Of a stretch of DNA of 58,628 nt, positions 27,204-38,001 are shown one piece after another. The stretch is from an uncultured Gammaproteobacteria bacterium. Lineage in GTDB: Bacteria > Patescibacteriota > Patescibacteriia > 2-12-FULL-60-25. Each line of letters opens with the position of its first letter. Within the stretch, counting starts at the first letter, position 1. Under the pieces are notes generated by a model that did not search any database, had not been told where the DNA came from, and saw nothing but the letters and a program-made list of their open reading frames with translations. The stretch is taken from the NCBI GenBank assembly GCA_964561355.1, contig CAZLPD010000001.1:28780-87407 (forward strand), written 5' to 3'. Both the position numbers and the translations under genes were made by a program.

Positions 27204-28652
27204 TTATGCAGGCTGCTGATCTTTGCGTGGGAAGAGGCCCTCGCCTACCAGTGGCGCAGCGCCCGCGTAGCGACGCGTGATCTCATTGGCCGTGGTTGGC
27301 ATGATGGGCTGGAGCGCTTTTCCGAGCCAGCGAACCATGGCGACGAGCTCGCTCAATGCTCGCTTGGCAGCTTCGGGATCTGTTTTGATGGTTTTGAATG
27401 GCGCTTCTTTATCCACCTTTTCATTAGCGAGACTCACGATTGACCAGACCGTTTCCAAATATGCCTTAAAATCGTACGCCGCGATTGTTTCGTGGAGGCG
27501 CGCGTCAAGAGAGCCGCTTTCGAACGGCGCGGGTGACACGCCTTCCGGCAAGTACTTGTTCGTCATAGCTGCTACGCGACCGACAAGATTGCCTAACCCG
27601 TTGGCGAGTTCCGCATAACGCTCATCGAGGCGCGTGCGAGATACATCACCGTCTTCTCCGCACGGAAGATCGCGAAGCAACGCGTAACGCACGGCATCCA
27701 CACCGTACTCCGTGACCAACTCTTGTGGCGCGATCACGTTTCCGAGCGACTTACTCATCTTTTGCCCTTCGACCGTGAAGTGTCCGTGGATAAATACCTC
27801 CGTTGGCACGGGTAATCCGGCAGACAACAGGAATGCCGGCCAGTAGATCACGTGAAAGCGCATGATATCTTTCCCGATCACATGCGTGCGGACATTTGCC
27901 TGCTCCCAGAACGTTTTGTAAACCTCTCCCCCGTCAGCGAATCCTAAAGCTGTGATGTAATTTGAGAGCGCGTCGACCCACACGTACATGATTTGCGATG
28001 GGTCGTTTGGCACAGGTACTCCCCAGTTTTCCGCACGAGCGACGGAGCGAGAGATGCTAAAGTCCTGCAAGCCTTGGCGGATAAACCCGAGCGCCTCGTT
28101 CTTACGGGAAGCTGGCACAACTTTTAAGCGGTCTGAGGCAACCAACTCTTCGAGCTGCGCTTGATAGTTTGATAAACGAAAGAAATAATTCTCTTCTTTG
28201 ACACGCTCAAGTGGTTTTTGGTGAATCGCGCACATGCCATTTGGAGCCTCCTCTTCTGTGTAGAACGTTTCACACCCAACGCAATACAACCCTTCGTAGG
28301 TTTTTTGGTAGATGTCGTTTGGATTCATCATCGACCACAACTTTTGCGCGCCGCGGATGTGACGATCCTCGCGCGTGCGCATGTAGTCATCGAAGCTCAA
28401 GTTAAGGAGCGGTTGCAGCCCCTTGAACGCTTCGGAATGACGGGCGACATACGCTTCCACCTCTTCGCCGGCGGCTTGAGCGGCGCGTACATTCTTTAAG
28501 CTATTATCGTCGCTTCCAAACTGTCCGCGCACCGTTTCTCCCTGAGCGCGGTAGTACCGCAAGAGCGCATCGACCTGGATACATTCAAGTGCGTGACCGA
28601 TGTGTGGCACGCCGTTTACGTAGGGAATGGAGGAAGTAATGTAACGAGTCAT
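27204..28652 (-). CDS. metG: methionine--tRNA ligase (short form, no C-terminal tRNA-binding domain)
   Basis: PYVNGVPHIGHALE (HIGH), KMSKSLGN (KMSKS) and the CxxC knuckle CVGCETF are present. The length is 482 aa. Confidence 0.92.
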   Translation of the reverse strand: MTRYITSSIPYVNGVPHIGHALECIQVDALLRYYRAQGETVRGQFGSDDNSLKNVRAAQAAGEEVEAYVARHSEAFKGLQPLLNLSFDDYMRTREDRHIRGAQKLWSMMNPNDIYQKTYEGLYCVGCETFYTEEEAPNGMCAIHQKPLERVKEENYFFRLSNYQAQLEELVASDRLKVVPASRKNEALGFIRQGLQDFSISRSVARAENWGVPVPNDPSQIMYVWVDALSNYITALGFADGGEVYKTFWEQANVRTHVIGKDIMRFHVIYWPAFLLSAGLPVPTEVFIHGHFTVEGQKMSKSLGNVIAPQELVTEYGVDAVRYALLRDLPCGEDGDVSRTRLDERYAELANGLGNLVGRVAAMTNKYLPEGVSPAPFESGSLDARLHETIAAYDFKAYLETVWSIVSLANEKVDKEAPFKTIKTDPEAAKRALSELVAMVRWLGKALQPIMPTTANEITRRYAGAAPLVGEGLFPRKDQQPA

Positions 28653-28654
28653 AG

Positions 28655-29326
28655 CTAGGCAGGGCCAATAATAACCACGAATTCTCCTTTAGTGCTGGTA
28701 GCTTGCAAGGCTTTTTGAACCTCGTCAATTGAGCCACGGTAGACCGTTTCGTGCAGCTTAGTGAGTTCGCGACCGATGCAGATGAGCCGGGTCGGATCCA
28801 AAACCTTAGCGAGGGCGGTCAACGTTTTTTCGATGCGGTGGGTTGATTCGAAGAAGACGGAGGGCGTTGCGCGAGCCGAAATCTCTCGAAACATCGTTTC
28901 ACGGCCTTTTTTGTGCGGAACAAAGCCTAGATAGACGAACTCGTCCATTGGAAAGCCGGAGACCGAGATTGCCGCGGTGAGCGCGGAGGGGCCTGGAATT
29001 GTTTCGACTTTTATGCCCGCCGCGAAGGCTGCCGCGACGAGCTTTCCACCCGGATCGTTCACGCCTGGGGTTCCCGCATCGGAAATGTAGGCAATGGAAG
29101 CACCCGTTCGGAGGCGGTCGATGAGCTTGGCGTGCGCTGCTTCATGGCTATGCTCATGGCATGCGATGAGAGGTTTTTGAATCGCGTAGTGATCCAGGAG
29201 GTGTTTGCTTACGCGCGTGTCCTCGCAGGCGATGGCCTGTACGGATTGCAAAATGCGCACCGCGCGAAACGTGATGTCCTCCAAATTCCCGATAGGGGTT
29301 CCCACCATGTAGAGCGTTCCTGACAT
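28655..29326 (-). CDS. rsmI: 16S rRNA (cytidine1402-2'-O)-methyltransferase RsmI
   Basis: GTLYMVGTPIGNLEDITFRAVRILQSVQAIACEDTR is the RsmI/tetrapyrrole-methylase signature. I trimmed the start to Met44 (MSGTLYM). The longer ORF would overlap the divergent gene at 29394. Confidence 0.88.
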   Translation of the reverse strand: MSGTLYMVGTPIGNLEDITFRAVRILQSVQAIACEDTRVSKHLLDHYAIQKPLIACHEHSHEAAHAKLIDRLRTGASIAYISDAGTPGVNDPGGKLVAAAFAAGIKVETIPGPSALTAAISVSGFPMDEFVYLGFVPHKKGRETMFREISARATPSVFFESTHRIEKTLTALAKVLDPTRLICIGRELTKLHETVYRGSIDEVQKALQATSTKGEFVVIIGPA

Positions 29327-29393
29327 ACCCACGTTGTAACAGACGGCACGATCTTTTGCGAGAAGCGCCCTTGCCTGGCACAATGGAGGAGAT

Positions 29394-30149
29394 ATGCGTC
29401 CTTTTGCCTTCCTCAGCCTGCTTCTTGGACTCAGCTTGTTTGGATTTGGCTGCAAACAACCAACCTATGCCAGCGACCAACCAACCAATTGGCGCGGTGT
29501 CGTTCAGGGGGCTCCGACTACTAAACCGGCTCCCAAAGTGGTTGTATCGCCGCCCGTGAACACGAAGCCATTTTTTGATAACGAGACCCCTCTCGCTCCA
29601 GAACTTCCTACGCTTCGGCAAGCACTCTCCAACCTCGTCTCTGCAACATCTTTTCGAGCCACCCTTAAGCTTCCTCCTGCACAAGGACAGGAAACACCCA
29701 TGAGCGGCGAACTCGCTTTTAACCAAGGGCAGGGATTTCGCGGAACTATTAGCATCAATCCGCAGATGACTAGCGAAGTGCTCGCCGTTGGCGAAGACGT
29801 CTATCTACGAGCTAATACCAGCACCTGGCAAAGCATAGGAAAAACCCTCGATGGAAAAAAACTCCGTCTGTTTTTTCAACTCGCCTTTCCAGGGCAAGTG
29901 CGACCTAACCAGATCCTCGTCTCGGATTCGGCACATGTTCTAGAGACTAAAGACGATCCTCTTGGGTGCCGAGCCTATACTTACACCGAAGTCCTTCCCG
30001 GCGGCGACCTCGGCAAAACAACCCTCTGTATCAAGGACGGATTACCGAGTTACATCGTTAACGAATACGCTGAAGGGAACACCGAAGTTCACTACCGAGA
30101 TATCAACCAGAAGATCGACATCAACCAAAAGTCTCCTCCCTCAAAATAG
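29394..30149 (+). CDS. hypothetical lipoprotein
   Basis: The signal peptide with lipobox is MRPFAFLSLLLGLSLFGFGC. The mature part has no family I recognise. Confidence 0.6.
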   Translation: MRPFAFLSLLLGLSLFGFGCKQPTYASDQPTNWRGVVQGAPTTKPAPKVVVSPPVNTKPFFDNETPLAPELPTLRQALSNLVSATSFRATLKLPPAQGQETPMSGELAFNQGQGFRGTISINPQMTSEVLAVGEDVYLRANTSTWQSIGKTLDGKKLRLFFQLAFPGQVRPNQILVSDSAHVLETKDDPLGCRAYTYTEVLPGGDLGKTTLCIKDGLPSYIVNEYAEGNTEVHYRDINQKIDINQKSPPSK

Positions 30150-30161
30150 GCGCCATTGTGC

Positions 30162-30190
30162 TTGACCCTTCTGCGGGTCATTTGTATACT
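30162..30190 (+). promoter_or_regulatory. sigma70-type promoter of clpB
   Basis: TTGACC (30162-30167), a 17-nt spacer, then TATACT (30185-30190). It lies directly upstream of the CIRCE element. Confidence 0.6.
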
Positions 30191-30194
30191 TGAT

Positions 30195-30221
30195 TTAGCA
30201 GTCAAAAGTCATGAGTGCTAA
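30195..30221 (+). promoter_or_regulatory. CIRCE operator (HrcA binding site)
   Basis: TTAGCAGTC-aaaagtcat-GAGTGCTAA compared with the consensus TTAGCACTC-N9-GAGTGCTAA, with one mismatch. It sits between the -10 hexamer and the clpB ATG. Confidence 0.75.
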
Positions 30222-30245
30222 ATCAAAAACATCAAAATATTCTCT

Positions 30246-32876
30246 ATGTTGCCACAAAATTTCACAACAAAGAGCCAGGAAGCTCTTACCATCGCTCAGC
30301 AACTTGCCCTTCAGAATGGGCAAACCTCGCTCGAGCCCATCCACCTGTTTTACGCGCTTCTCAGCCAGGAAGACGGCGTTGTACCTGCGTTGTTTAATAA
30401 GCTTTCGGTTTCCGCCGTCGACCTCAAGCAGGAAGCACAGGGCATTCTTGAACGCCTTCCACGTACCCACTCCACCGGTGGATTGGGCCAGCTCTATCTT
30501 TCGCAGGACATGGTGAAGGCGATGCAAAAGGCCGAGAGCATTACCAAGCAGTTTAAGGATGAGTACATCTCGACAGAACATTTACTTCTTGGCATTACAG
30601 AAAGCCAAGCCGATATCTCTGCGCTCTTGGCGCGGCATGGCGTCAGCACCGACGCGCTCTTGAAGGCACTTAAGGATGTGCGTGGCAATGTGAAGGTAGA
30701 TAGCCCGGAGCCAGAGAGCGCTTACCAGGCCCTCGAAAAATACGGAAAGAATCTTACGGCGCTTGCTCGCCAAGAGAAGCTTGATCCTGTTGTTGGACGT
30801 GATGATGAGATTCGCCGCGTGATGCAGATCTTGCTCCGTCGTACGAAGAACAATCCTGTACTCATCGGTGAAGCTGGAACGGGCAAGACCGCGATCGTAG
30901 AAGGTCTTGCGCAACGAATCGTGACGGGTGACGTGCCGGAATCATTGAAAGATAAGGAGGTTATCTCGCTCGACATTGGCTCGCTTGTAGCTGGTACAAA
31001 GTTCCGTGGAGAGTTTGAGGAACGATTGAAGACCGTTATTCGCGATGTCGAAAAATCTGCTGGCAAGATCATCTTGTTTATTGATGAGCTTCATACGCTG
31101 GTCGGTGCTGGCACCTCTGGCGATAGCGGATCACTCGATGCTTCCAACATGCTCAAGCCTGCGCTCGCTCGTGGTGAGTTGCGTGCGGTTGGAGCCACGA
31201 CGCTTCAGGAATATCAGAAATATATCGAAAAGGATGCGGCTCTCACCCGTCGTTTTCAGCCTGTGCACGTGAACGAACCATCAGAGGAAGACACGATTGC
31301 GATTTTGCGCGGCATCAAGGACAAGTACGAACTTCATAGCGGTGTGCGCATCATGGATAGCGCTATTTTGGCGGCCGTAAAACTTTCCACGCGCTACATC
31401 AGTGATCGCTTTCTTCCAGATAAAGCGGTTGATTTGATCGATGAGGCGGCTTCAGGGCTTCGCATGCAGATCGATTCGCTGCCGGAAGAGCTTGATAAAC
31501 TCAAACGCGACTTGATGCGTTCGGAGATTGAGAAGCGCGCGCTCTCGAAGGAAGAAGATGCTGAATCCAAGGAACGTTTACAGGTTCTTGAGAAGCACAC
31601 GTCCGAAGTGCGTGAGAGCTCGAATCAACTCGAACTTTCCTGGAAAGCCGAGAAGGAGTTGATCGACGCTATTCAAACCGCCAAGAAAGAAGGTGAGAAA
31701 CTCAAGATCGAAGCGGAAATCGCAGAACGTCGTGGAGACTTGGAAAAGGTGTCCGAGATTCGCTACGGACGCTTACCGGAACTTGAGACGCGGCGTAAGC
31801 AGACGGAGACGAAGCTTAAAGAACTTCAAGGTCAGCGCGGGTTGCTGAAGGACGCTGTTACAGAAGAAGACATTGCTGCGGTCGTAGCTCGCTGGACAGG
31901 TATTCCTGTGCAACGCATGCTGCAATCCGAAGGCGAACGGTTGGCGCATCTTGAGGATGAGCTACATGAGCGCGTGGTGGGCCAGGCCGAGGCCGTTGAA
32001 GCTGTGTCGAACGCGCTTCGCCGCTCTCGTGCCGGGATCAGCGAGGAGAAACGTCCTATCGGATCGTTCCTCTTCCTCGGCCCAACGGGTGTTGGAAAAA
32101 CCGAGCTGGCTCGCGCGCTTGCCGCCATCATGTTTGATGACGAAGACGCTATGATCCGCGTTGATATGTCGGAGTACATGGAAAAACACTCTGTAGCGCG
32201 CATGATCGGCTCCCCTCCTGGCTATGTTGGATACGACGAGGGCGGGCAGCTCACCGAAAAGATTCGTCGCCGACCATACGCCGTGCTTTTGCTTGATGAA
32301 GTTGAGAAAGCGCATCCGGATGTCTTCCATCTTCTTTTGCAGGTCCTTGATGACGGTCGATTAACCGATGGCAAGGGCCGTGTCGTGAACTTCAAGAACA
32401 CGATTATCATCATGACGTCGAATATCGGCTCGGACATGATTCTTGATTGGGGCAAACGTCGTGGCGAAATTGGATTCGTGGATGAAGAAGCTTCGCAGAA
32501 GGAAGAAGGCCCTATCCGCGGAAAGGTCATGGAACTGCTCCGCGATCATTTCCGCCCAGAATTCCTCAACCGCGTGGATGAGATCGTCATGTTCCAAACG
32601 CTCGGTAAGGAAGATCTCGCGAAGATCGTTGAGCTGCAACTCGAACTCGTCGTGAAGCGCTTGCAACAAAAGAAGATCACGCTCACCTTCACCGAAAAAG
32701 CCAAGAAGCTCGTCGCTGATAAGGGGTATGACCCATCCTTTGGCGCTCGACCACTGAAGCGCGCTATTCAGGACCTCATCCTCGATGAGCTTGCCCTCAA
32801 GATGGTGAAGAACGAGATCAAGGAGGGAGATACGGTGAAGATAGATGCGGTGAAGGAGAAGATTGTAATTAAGTAA
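30246..32876 (+). CDS. clpB: ATP-dependent chaperone/disaggregase ClpB
   Basis: 876 aa with two AAA+ modules (GEAGTGKT and GPTGVGKT Walker A motifs), a long M-domain coiled-coil, and the N-terminus [16 protein letters not shown]. Confidence 0.95.
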   Translation: MLPQNFTTKSQEALTIAQQLALQNGQTSLEPIHLFYALLSQEDGVVPALFNKLSVSAVDLKQEAQGILERLPRTHSTGGLGQLYLSQDMVKAMQKAESITKQFKDEYISTEHLLLGITESQADISALLARHGVSTDALLKALKDVRGNVKVDSPEPESAYQALEKYGKNLTALARQEKLDPVVGRDDEIRRVMQILLRRTKNNPVLIGEAGTGKTAIVEGLAQRIVTGDVPESLKDKEVISLDIGSLVAGTKFRGEFEERLKTVIRDVEKSAGKIILFIDELHTLVGAGTSGDSGSLDASNMLKPALARGELRAVGATTLQEYQKYIEKDAALTRRFQPVHVNEPSEEDTIAILRGIKDKYELHSGVRIMDSAILAAVKLSTRYISDRFLPDKAVDLIDEAASGLRMQIDSLPEELDKLKRDLMRSEIEKRALSKEEDAESKERLQVLEKHTSEVRESSNQLELSWKAEKELIDAIQTAKKEGEKLKIEAEIAERRGDLEKVSEIRYGRLPELETRRKQTETKLKELQGQRGLLKDAVTEEDIAAVVARWTGIPVQRMLQSEGERLAHLEDELHERVVGQAEAVEAVSNALRRSRAGISEEKRPIGSFLFLGPTGVGKTELARALAAIMFDDEDAMIRVDMSEYMEKHSVARMIGSPPGYVGYDEGGQLTEKIRRRPYAVLLLDEVEKAHPDVFHLLLQVLDDGRLTDGKGRVVNFKNTIIIMTSNIGSDMILDWGKRRGEIGFVDEEASQKEEGPIRGKVMELLRDHFRPEFLNRVDEIVMFQTLGKEDLAKIVELQLELVVKRLQQKKITLTFTEKAKKLVADKGYDPSFGARPLKRAIQDLILDELALKMVKNEIKEGDTVKIDAVKEKIVIK

Positions 32877-32886
32877 GATGGAATTC

Positions 32887-32920
32887 AAAAAATACCCCCA
32901 CATGATGGGGGTATTTTTTT
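32887..32920 (+). terminator. intrinsic terminator of clpB
   Basis: aaaaaATACCCCCAcatgaTGGGGGTATttttttt. Confidence 0.85.
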
Positions 32921-32921
32921 A

Positions 32922-32997
<76 letters not shown>

Positions 32998-33047
32998 ACG
33001 GGATGGGCGGAATATATCAAAGCGCCGCCCATCGTGACAAGATTTCT

Positions 33048-34238
33048 TTAGTGATGATGGCTGTGGCCGTGGGAGGAGGTGTCGGATTCTAGGCTTGAGA
33101 TGGATTCGTTTTTTATGGCCCAGGCAGCTAAGAGCGCAGTGATTGGGACCGTGAAGATGAGGCCAATGGTACCGGAGAGCGAGCGGACGATTTCATCTAC
33201 TACGGAGTCGAAGTTGATGAACTTGAGCCATGAACCACCGAATTGCGTGTAGAGAAGAAGCGTTGAAAGCGATCCGCCGACGTAAGCGTACACAAGGGTG
33301 TTGGCGAGTGCAGCCATGTGGTCGTTGCCGATCACCATCCCCGCTCTAAAGAGCTCGCGCATCGTGAGACGATGGTTAGCTTTGCGTACTTCCGCGACGC
33401 CTGAGGCGATTGAGACTGCCACGTCTTCCACGACACCAGCTGAGGCGACGATGATACCGGCGAACAAGAGTCCGCGGGGATTGAGGAGCGGGTTCTTGTC
33501 GAAGAAGAGGCGATCTTCTTCGGTGGCTAGCCCGGAAAGATGTGCCCAATCTGCGAAGAGCCAGGAAACTGCGTAGGCAACCATAGCACCACCCACCGTT
33601 CCTACGGCCGTGACGAGTGACTTGCGATTCCAGCCCGTTGATAGGCCCGTGGAGATGAGCGTAAATATTCCGGAGAGGACTATAGCGATTGGCACTGGGT
33701 TATACCCGCGTAAGAAGAGCGGCACGAGCACGTAGCCGATGAGGGCGATGGATATGGCGATGGAGAGTGCTACTTTAAAGCCTTGCCAACCGGATAGCAC
33801 GATTAGCATCAACACAAAGAGCGCGACGAGCGAGATGAGTGCTGCACGACGATCGAAGCCTTCGAGATAGTAGTTTGATGAGCCGTCTTGGCCGGGCTGG
33901 ATAAAAATCACGACCTTGTCCCCTATTGCCGGAACTAAGCCGTACGGGTTAGAGCCCACGTCGGAGCGGATTTCTTGGACTTTGCCATCTGAAGGACCTG
34001 ACAAAAAACGCATGCGATACACCTGCACCTGTTGGCCGGTGGAGGTGGTTTTTTGATCTTGGATGGACACACTTTCCACCACCGCTCGTTCGTAACTTCC
34101 TTCTACCTGAGCCGAGGAGGCCGCGGGGGCGTCGGATCCATCATCTCCACCTGCCGCCAAGGCCGTGGATACGCCACCAAATAAAGACCCGACGATCAGC
34201 GCTAGGCACAGCGTGCGGATAAAAGAGATACGAGACAT
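33048..34238 (-). CDS. YibE/F-like polytopic membrane protein
   Basis: N-terminal signal/anchor, an extracytoplasmic domain of about 120 aa, then about 7 TM helices with the general look of the YibE/F family. There is a His-rich tail (SSHGHSHHH). The family call is from memory only. Confidence 0.55.
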   Translation of the reverse strand: MSRISFIRTLCLALIVGSLFGGVSTALAAGGDDGSDAPAASSAQVEGSYERAVVESVSIQDQKTTSTGQQVQVYRMRFLSGPSDGKVQEIRSDVGSNPYGLVPAIGDKVVIFIQPGQDGSSNYYLEGFDRRAALISLVALFVLMLIVLSGWQGFKVALSIAISIALIGYVLVPLFLRGYNPVPIAIVLSGIFTLISTGLSTGWNRKSLVTAVGTVGGAMVAYAVSWLFADWAHLSGLATEEDRLFFDKNPLLNPRGLLFAGIIVASAGVVEDVAVSIASGVAEVRKANHRLTMRELFRAGMVIGNDHMAALANTLVYAYVGGSLSTLLLYTQFGGSWLKFINFDSVVDEIVRSLSGTIGLIFTVPITALLAAWAIKNESISSLESDTSSHGHSHHH

Positions 34239-34250
34239 ATGGTCAGCCTA

Positions 34251-35696
34251 TCACGCTTTTTGCTCCCAAGGGTAGGGGTTTGTGTAGACCGTTTCTTGGC
34301 GGGCGTAGGCATTCAACCAAGCCAGAAGGTGGGCCGTGGCGCGGACGTCGTCGCGGTTGTAGCACACGATATCGTCCAGAATGGCGTGATCTTGCGTCGC
34401 GATCCAGTTTTCGTAGGCGCCGATGGAGGCTCCCCCGCTTTTCACCGAGCTCGTCCACGAGAATCCTAGGAATTTACAGATGTTCTTGAGACTATAGAAG
34501 TAGAGTGGGAACACCGCGTGTTCGCGAGCGCCCTCTTTTAGATCAACGAGCTTGCTGCGAAACGCTTGCAGTAGCGAGTTGTCTGAATCTCCGTAGCGCT
34601 TGCCGAGAATCGTAAGACGAGACGCTTCGTAGGTAGCGTAGTGGTAGACCGTGTACTCCGCCGGCAACGTTGGTAGCCATGCCAAAAACTCTTTCCACAT
34701 CTTTTCTTCGTCTTCGGGACGCTCAGCGAGAAACGAAACGTAGCGGCCTTCCCCATGTTCTCTGATCCAGAATCCGTAGAGGTAATCCGTATCCGTCATG
34801 GGATGACTCTCGATATCGAAGTGGATTTCGAGGCCAGCCGTTTCGTGGGTCCAGGCTTTTTTGATGATCACGCTTTTATCCACTAATGCACGTGCTTGGC
34901 GTTGGATCGATTGCAAGGCGCGTAGCGTTATGCCCGGCGCTTGTCCTTCGAGAGTCGCAGGATCGAGTTCAGCGGCGTCGTAAATTGTGCGGATACCGTG
35001 TTCACGTAAGAAGACGAGTTTGTTGACGTCGACGTTGAAGAGCAGCGCGATATCATCATGCTCTTTCGCTAATCGAAAACAGGCTTTTCCCCATGGCGAC
35101 GTGTCCTCGCAGCTTTTGCGATAGACAGGATCTGGACGCTCGCCGCCCACAATACGACCGAGCTTTTCTGCCATCTCACGAAATTCGGCCGTGTACTGTT
35201 CTGGCTCGATGTCTAAACGCTCTCCGTCACCATTTAAAATTGCTGGGTGCGAAGGAAACCGTTTTTGGATTTTTTCCAACAGCGTGCCGTAGAACATGAG
35301 CTGAAAGATGTGTTCTTTTTTGAGCTCATGCGCACGTTTTACATCAACCGGGACGTAGTACCACGAGCCGAGTGCACTTTGCCCTTCGTGACGCTCGAGG
35401 ATATCGGGACGACCAACCCATTCAGCGTCCATGAGCCACCCTTGGTAGATCGTTGGAACGCCTTGCCGCATGAGTTCGCGCGTTGCCTCAAACCCCTCTG
35501 CGGGCGTTGCGGCGGATACAGACGCGTAAACACCGTAGAGCTCTTTCACTACACGCGCCTCGTGATCGAGACCGTCGGCTAGACGCTGCTCTTCGAACTC
35601 AGTGAGCTCGCGACGGTCGGCACGATCACCAAAACGCTCCCAATAGGGCCAGTGCGGACATTGAATGTAGCGGTAGAAGTCGGTAGCAGTGAGCAT
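34251..35696 (-). CDS. TM0106-family RecB-like putative nuclease
   Basis: The N-terminus MLTATDFYRYIQCPHWPYWERF is typical of the Cas4/RecB-like PD-(D/E)xK domain of this family. The C-terminal RNase-H-like part has YHYATYEASRL and CYNRDDVRAT. Confidence 0.7.
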   Translation of the reverse strand: MLTATDFYRYIQCPHWPYWERFGDRADRRELTEFEEQRLADGLDHEARVVKELYGVYASVSAATPAEGFEATRELMRQGVPTIYQGWLMDAEWVGRPDILERHEGQSALGSWYYVPVDVKRAHELKKEHIFQLMFYGTLLEKIQKRFPSHPAILNGDGERLDIEPEQYTAEFREMAEKLGRIVGGERPDPVYRKSCEDTSPWGKACFRLAKEHDDIALLFNVDVNKLVFLREHGIRTIYDAAELDPATLEGQAPGITLRALQSIQRQARALVDKSVIIKKAWTHETAGLEIHFDIESHPMTDTDYLYGFWIREHGEGRYVSFLAERPEDEEKMWKEFLAWLPTLPAEYTVYHYATYEASRLTILGKRYGDSDNSLLQAFRSKLVDLKEGAREHAVFPLYFYSLKNICKFLGFSWTSSVKSGGASIGAYENWIATQDHAILDDIVCYNRDDVRATAHLLAWLNAYARQETVYTNPYPWEQKA

Positions 35697-35738
35697 ACGC
35701 GGGTCACGATAGCGCCGAGGAGAGGCGAAGACAATGCA

Positions 35739-37952
35739 TTAGTACGCGTCCGAAAACACGGGGGCGAGGTAGCGGTCTGTTGGCGCAAAATTATCCGTCA
35801 GTGCTGGCACCGGATGACCCGTAAGAAACGCCTTGATCGATTCCTGCGGAATGAGTTGCGTCAGACGCTGATACTCTTCGGAGCTGATCTGCGCCTCTGC
35901 GGCGGCTGGTGATACCGTACTTTGCCAAGCCACGGGGTCGATCTCTTTGTCTGTTGCGATAAGTACGATCGTGTTTCTTCCTGGCGCGAGGCTCGCTGCG
36001 CCCGGAGCCACGTAGACGTGCTGCCACACCGTTTGCAGCGTACGCACCATGGAGGCGAGGAACTGGCCGTAGCGCGCATCGTCGATGATATTCAGAGCGT
36101 AGACCCCATCGGCGGACATGCGTGATTTGAGAAGACGATGAAATTCAACCGTCGTGAGGTGATATGGCACGCTGAAGTCATTAAAAGCATCGCCGAAAAC
36201 GAACTCGAACGACTTTTTATCTGCTTCGCGCGATACATACATACGCGCGTCGATATTATACGTCTCGATCGTGGGGTTACGCGATAATCCAAAGCGCGCA
36301 TGATTTGTTTCTGTTACCTGAGGATCTATTTCTGTCACCACACTCTTTGCGCCTGGATACCGCGCCTCGAGGTAGCGCGGCAAGACGTAGCCGCCTCCCC
36401 CGATGAAGAGCGAGGAGAAGGCATCGTCCTGCTTGTGACGGGTAGCGATGAGGTGTGCGTAGACTTGTTCATAGCCATATCCCAACGTCTCTGGGTGATG
36501 GAGATGAACGTAGGAATGCACAAGATGGTCGAGGCGCAGTAGATACCTTGGGTTTTCTGGCGTTGATCCGGCGTCATCGAGTATTTGAATACAGTAATAT
36601 TGCGTTTCCAGGAGACAAGCTCTCGGTACCAGGGCCTGCATGGCAAACACTAGCGCGATAAGCACACTCACACGACGCTTCCAGGGACGATGAGGCCGAA
36701 GATAGGCAGCTCCAACGATCATCAAGAGTGCGGCAAGTGAAGCGAGAAGCGTGCGCGTGCCCATCCAGGAGATGAGAACAAACCCCGTTGCGAGTGATCC
36801 GACCAATCCACCCAAGGTGTTCCAGGCTGACAACATCCCCGCCATCGAACCAACGTTTTGTGACTCGGATGTGGCAACTTTTACGAGCTGAGGCGAGATA
36901 GCGGCAAGGGCAAACGAAGGCGGAAGAAATGCAACGAGAGCAAAAAGCGCTGTACGGAGCGCGAGTGGAAGACTGACGGCAGCAAAAATCGGTCCACCGA
37001 TCTCGATAAGACAGACGGAAAATAGAACGGCGACGCCCGCCCAAGCGATGGTTCGACCCAGACGCACATGAAGACCTTCTCGATCCGCCAAGACACCGCC
37101 GAGCGTGTTACCGAGCGTGATCCCTATAAGGACTGCGCCGATCACGCCGGTCCAGGTAAAGATCGAGACGCCGATGTGCGGAGCTAATGCCCGGGCCGCG
37201 ACGACTTCAAGCGACATGAGTACAAACCCCGAAATACCCGACAGTAAAGCGTGCTGCCACTCAGGATAAGTGCGCGATGCGGAGGAAGGCGCCTGACGCG
37301 TTCTTCCTTGCATCAATGTCATGCCGATACCAACAAGAGCAAGGATGAAGGCCGTCACAAGAAAAATAGTGGGAAGCGTAACCCACATCAGCCATACAAA
37401 CCCGGCAAAAAATGTTCCAATGATACTACCGATCGCTGCGACTGCGTTGAGTGTACCGATCGCTCTTCCTGTGGATGCGTGTTCCGTCGCTACATGCGCC
37501 ACAAGACATGGGTGCACCGCCGCGAGTAGGCAGGATGGAACGAAAAGCAGCCCAGCGCTGAGCACAAGCGCGTTCACCCCGAGTGACCAAGCTGCCACGA
37601 GCACATGTGCACCCATCCAATGCGCTAGCGGGCTCATGCAAGCCACCCAAAGAGCGGCGACAACAACCCCCATGCCTACTTTTCGCAACGATGTGTCCTT
37701 GCGAGCCACCACTCCTCCGGCGTAATAGCCAACAGCCATTGCTACCATCACGATGGCGATCACGCTTGCCCAAGGGACGATGGAGACACCGACAAACGGC
37801 GCAAGCAAATGCCCCGCGATAATCTCTAACGTCATGAGACATGCGCTCACGATAGCCGCGATCACGCCCGATATCCCAACAGATTTCCATAGCCCGCGAA
37901 GAAGAGTACGCATGACGTGATTGTACCCGGTCGACCGCTGATCACGAAACAC
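35739..37952 (-). CDS. fused MFS-like membrane domain / spermidine synthase-like protein
   Basis: About 430 aa of polytopic membrane domain followed by a class-I methyltransferase-fold aminopropyltransferase-like domain (SLFIGGGGYVLPRYLEARYPGAKSVVTEIDPQV, GDAFNDF). The alternative start MRTLLRG is at 37913. Confidence 0.75.
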   Translation of the reverse strand: MFRDQRSTGYNHVMRTLLRGLWKSVGISGVIAAIVSACLMTLEIIAGHLLAPFVGVSIVPWASVIAIVMVAMAVGYYAGGVVARKDTSLRKVGMGVVVAALWVACMSPLAHWMGAHVLVAAWSLGVNALVLSAGLLFVPSCLLAAVHPCLVAHVATEHASTGRAIGTLNAVAAIGSIIGTFFAGFVWLMWVTLPTIFLVTAFILALVGIGMTLMQGRTRQAPSSASRTYPEWQHALLSGISGFVLMSLEVVAARALAPHIGVSIFTWTGVIGAVLIGITLGNTLGGVLADREGLHVRLGRTIAWAGVAVLFSVCLIEIGGPIFAAVSLPLALRTALFALVAFLPPSFALAAISPQLVKVATSESQNVGSMAGMLSAWNTLGGLVGSLATGFVLISWMGTRTLLASLAALLMIVGAAYLRPHRPWKRRVSVLIALVFAMQALVPRACLLETQYYCIQILDDAGSTPENPRYLLRLDHLVHSYVHLHHPETLGYGYEQVYAHLIATRHKQDDAFSSLFIGGGGYVLPRYLEARYPGAKSVVTEIDPQVTETNHARFGLSRNPTIETYNIDARMYVSREADKKSFEFVFGDAFNDFSVPYHLTTVEFHRLLKSRMSADGVYALNIIDDARYGQFLASMVRTLQTVWQHVYVAPGAASLAPGRNTIVLIATDKEIDPVAWQSTVSPAAAEAQISSEEYQRLTQLIPQESIKAFLTGHPVPALTDNFAPTDRYLAPVFSDAY

Positions 37953-37955
37953 AAC

Positions 37956-37986
37956 ACAAAAGACGGACCGAAGTCCGTCTTTTGTG
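37956..37986. terminator. bidirectional intrinsic terminator downstream of rpmG
   Basis: aaaAGACGGACcgaaGTCCGTCTttt flanked by A and T runs. Confidence 0.8.
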
Positions 37987-38001
37987 TTGCTCGTTGCGAG
38001 T

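Noticed and set aside
29327-29455. N-terminal extension of rsmI
   Set aside because: The conserved RsmI N-terminus starts at MSGTLYMVG. The extension overlaps the divergent lipoprotein gene start and is basic low-complexity sequence.
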